Shown here piece by piece: positions 30,772 through 30,797 of a DNA stretch of 30,797 bases. Positions within the stretch are counted from its first letter, which is position 1; the number at the start of each line of letters is the position of its first letter. The DNA is taken from positions 1 to 30,797 of the forward strand of contig JBDONT010000031.1 of the NCBI GenBank assembly GCA_039831155.1, given 5' to 3'. Both the position numbers and the translations under genes were made by a program. Source of the stretch: Nautiliaceae bacterium. GTDB lineage: Bacteria; Campylobacterota; Campylobacteria; Campylobacterales; Nautiliaceae. The notes under the pieces were generated by a model that did not search any database, was not told the origin of the DNA, and worked only from the letters and a program-made list of their open reading frames with translations.

Positions 30772-30797
30772 GATATTATAGCAAAAAATTTTCATTC
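30745..30797. mobile_element. Possible insertion-sequence terminus interrupting the integrase
   Basis: Integrase-like sequence appears to end after KRKFEIY; the following GAGACATACCCAAAATT loosely resembles IS5-family ends; window ends 50 nt later. No transposase visible. Confidence 0.3.

Overview
AT-rich bacterial chromosome segment whose gene content (ATP citrate lyase aclBA, degenerate RibBX, epsilon-type CinA, panB-ruvB-AI-2E order, TGn-TATAAT promoters) points to a chemolithoautotrophic Campylobacterota, probably Nautiliales-like; the taxonomy is inference. Most of the window is housekeeping: aclBA, pabA/trpG, metF, guaB, gatA, ileS, ppk2, cinA, ribB, hemH, dtd, trpA, panB, ruvB, grpE, dnaK. 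The standout is a tightly coupled 7-gene minus-strand operon (13374->6779) between guaB and metF. It encodes a stand-alone PqqD/RRE protein, an ATP-grasp ligase, a fold-III PLP decarboxylase, a urea-channel-fold/M23-peptidase fusion, an exported TPR protein, an orphan pseudo-receiver regulator and an outer-membrane beta-barrel. No free precursor peptide gene is evident, but the decarboxylase has an N-terminal extension starting with a lasso-leader-like YxxPx[I/L] motif (YEKPTI) and carrying a duplicated KYGSPL. This suggests a RiPP-like or RRE-scaffolded system whose leader or precursor is fused to an enzyme. Also seen: three translationally coupled small membrane ORFs between ileS and gatA, a structured hrcA-less grpE-dnaK leader with HAIR/CIRCE-like sites, and a frameshifted, truncated P4-type integrase with arm-type repeats just after dnaK. 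The left edge holds a near-consensus outward-facing promoter, possibly rrn.
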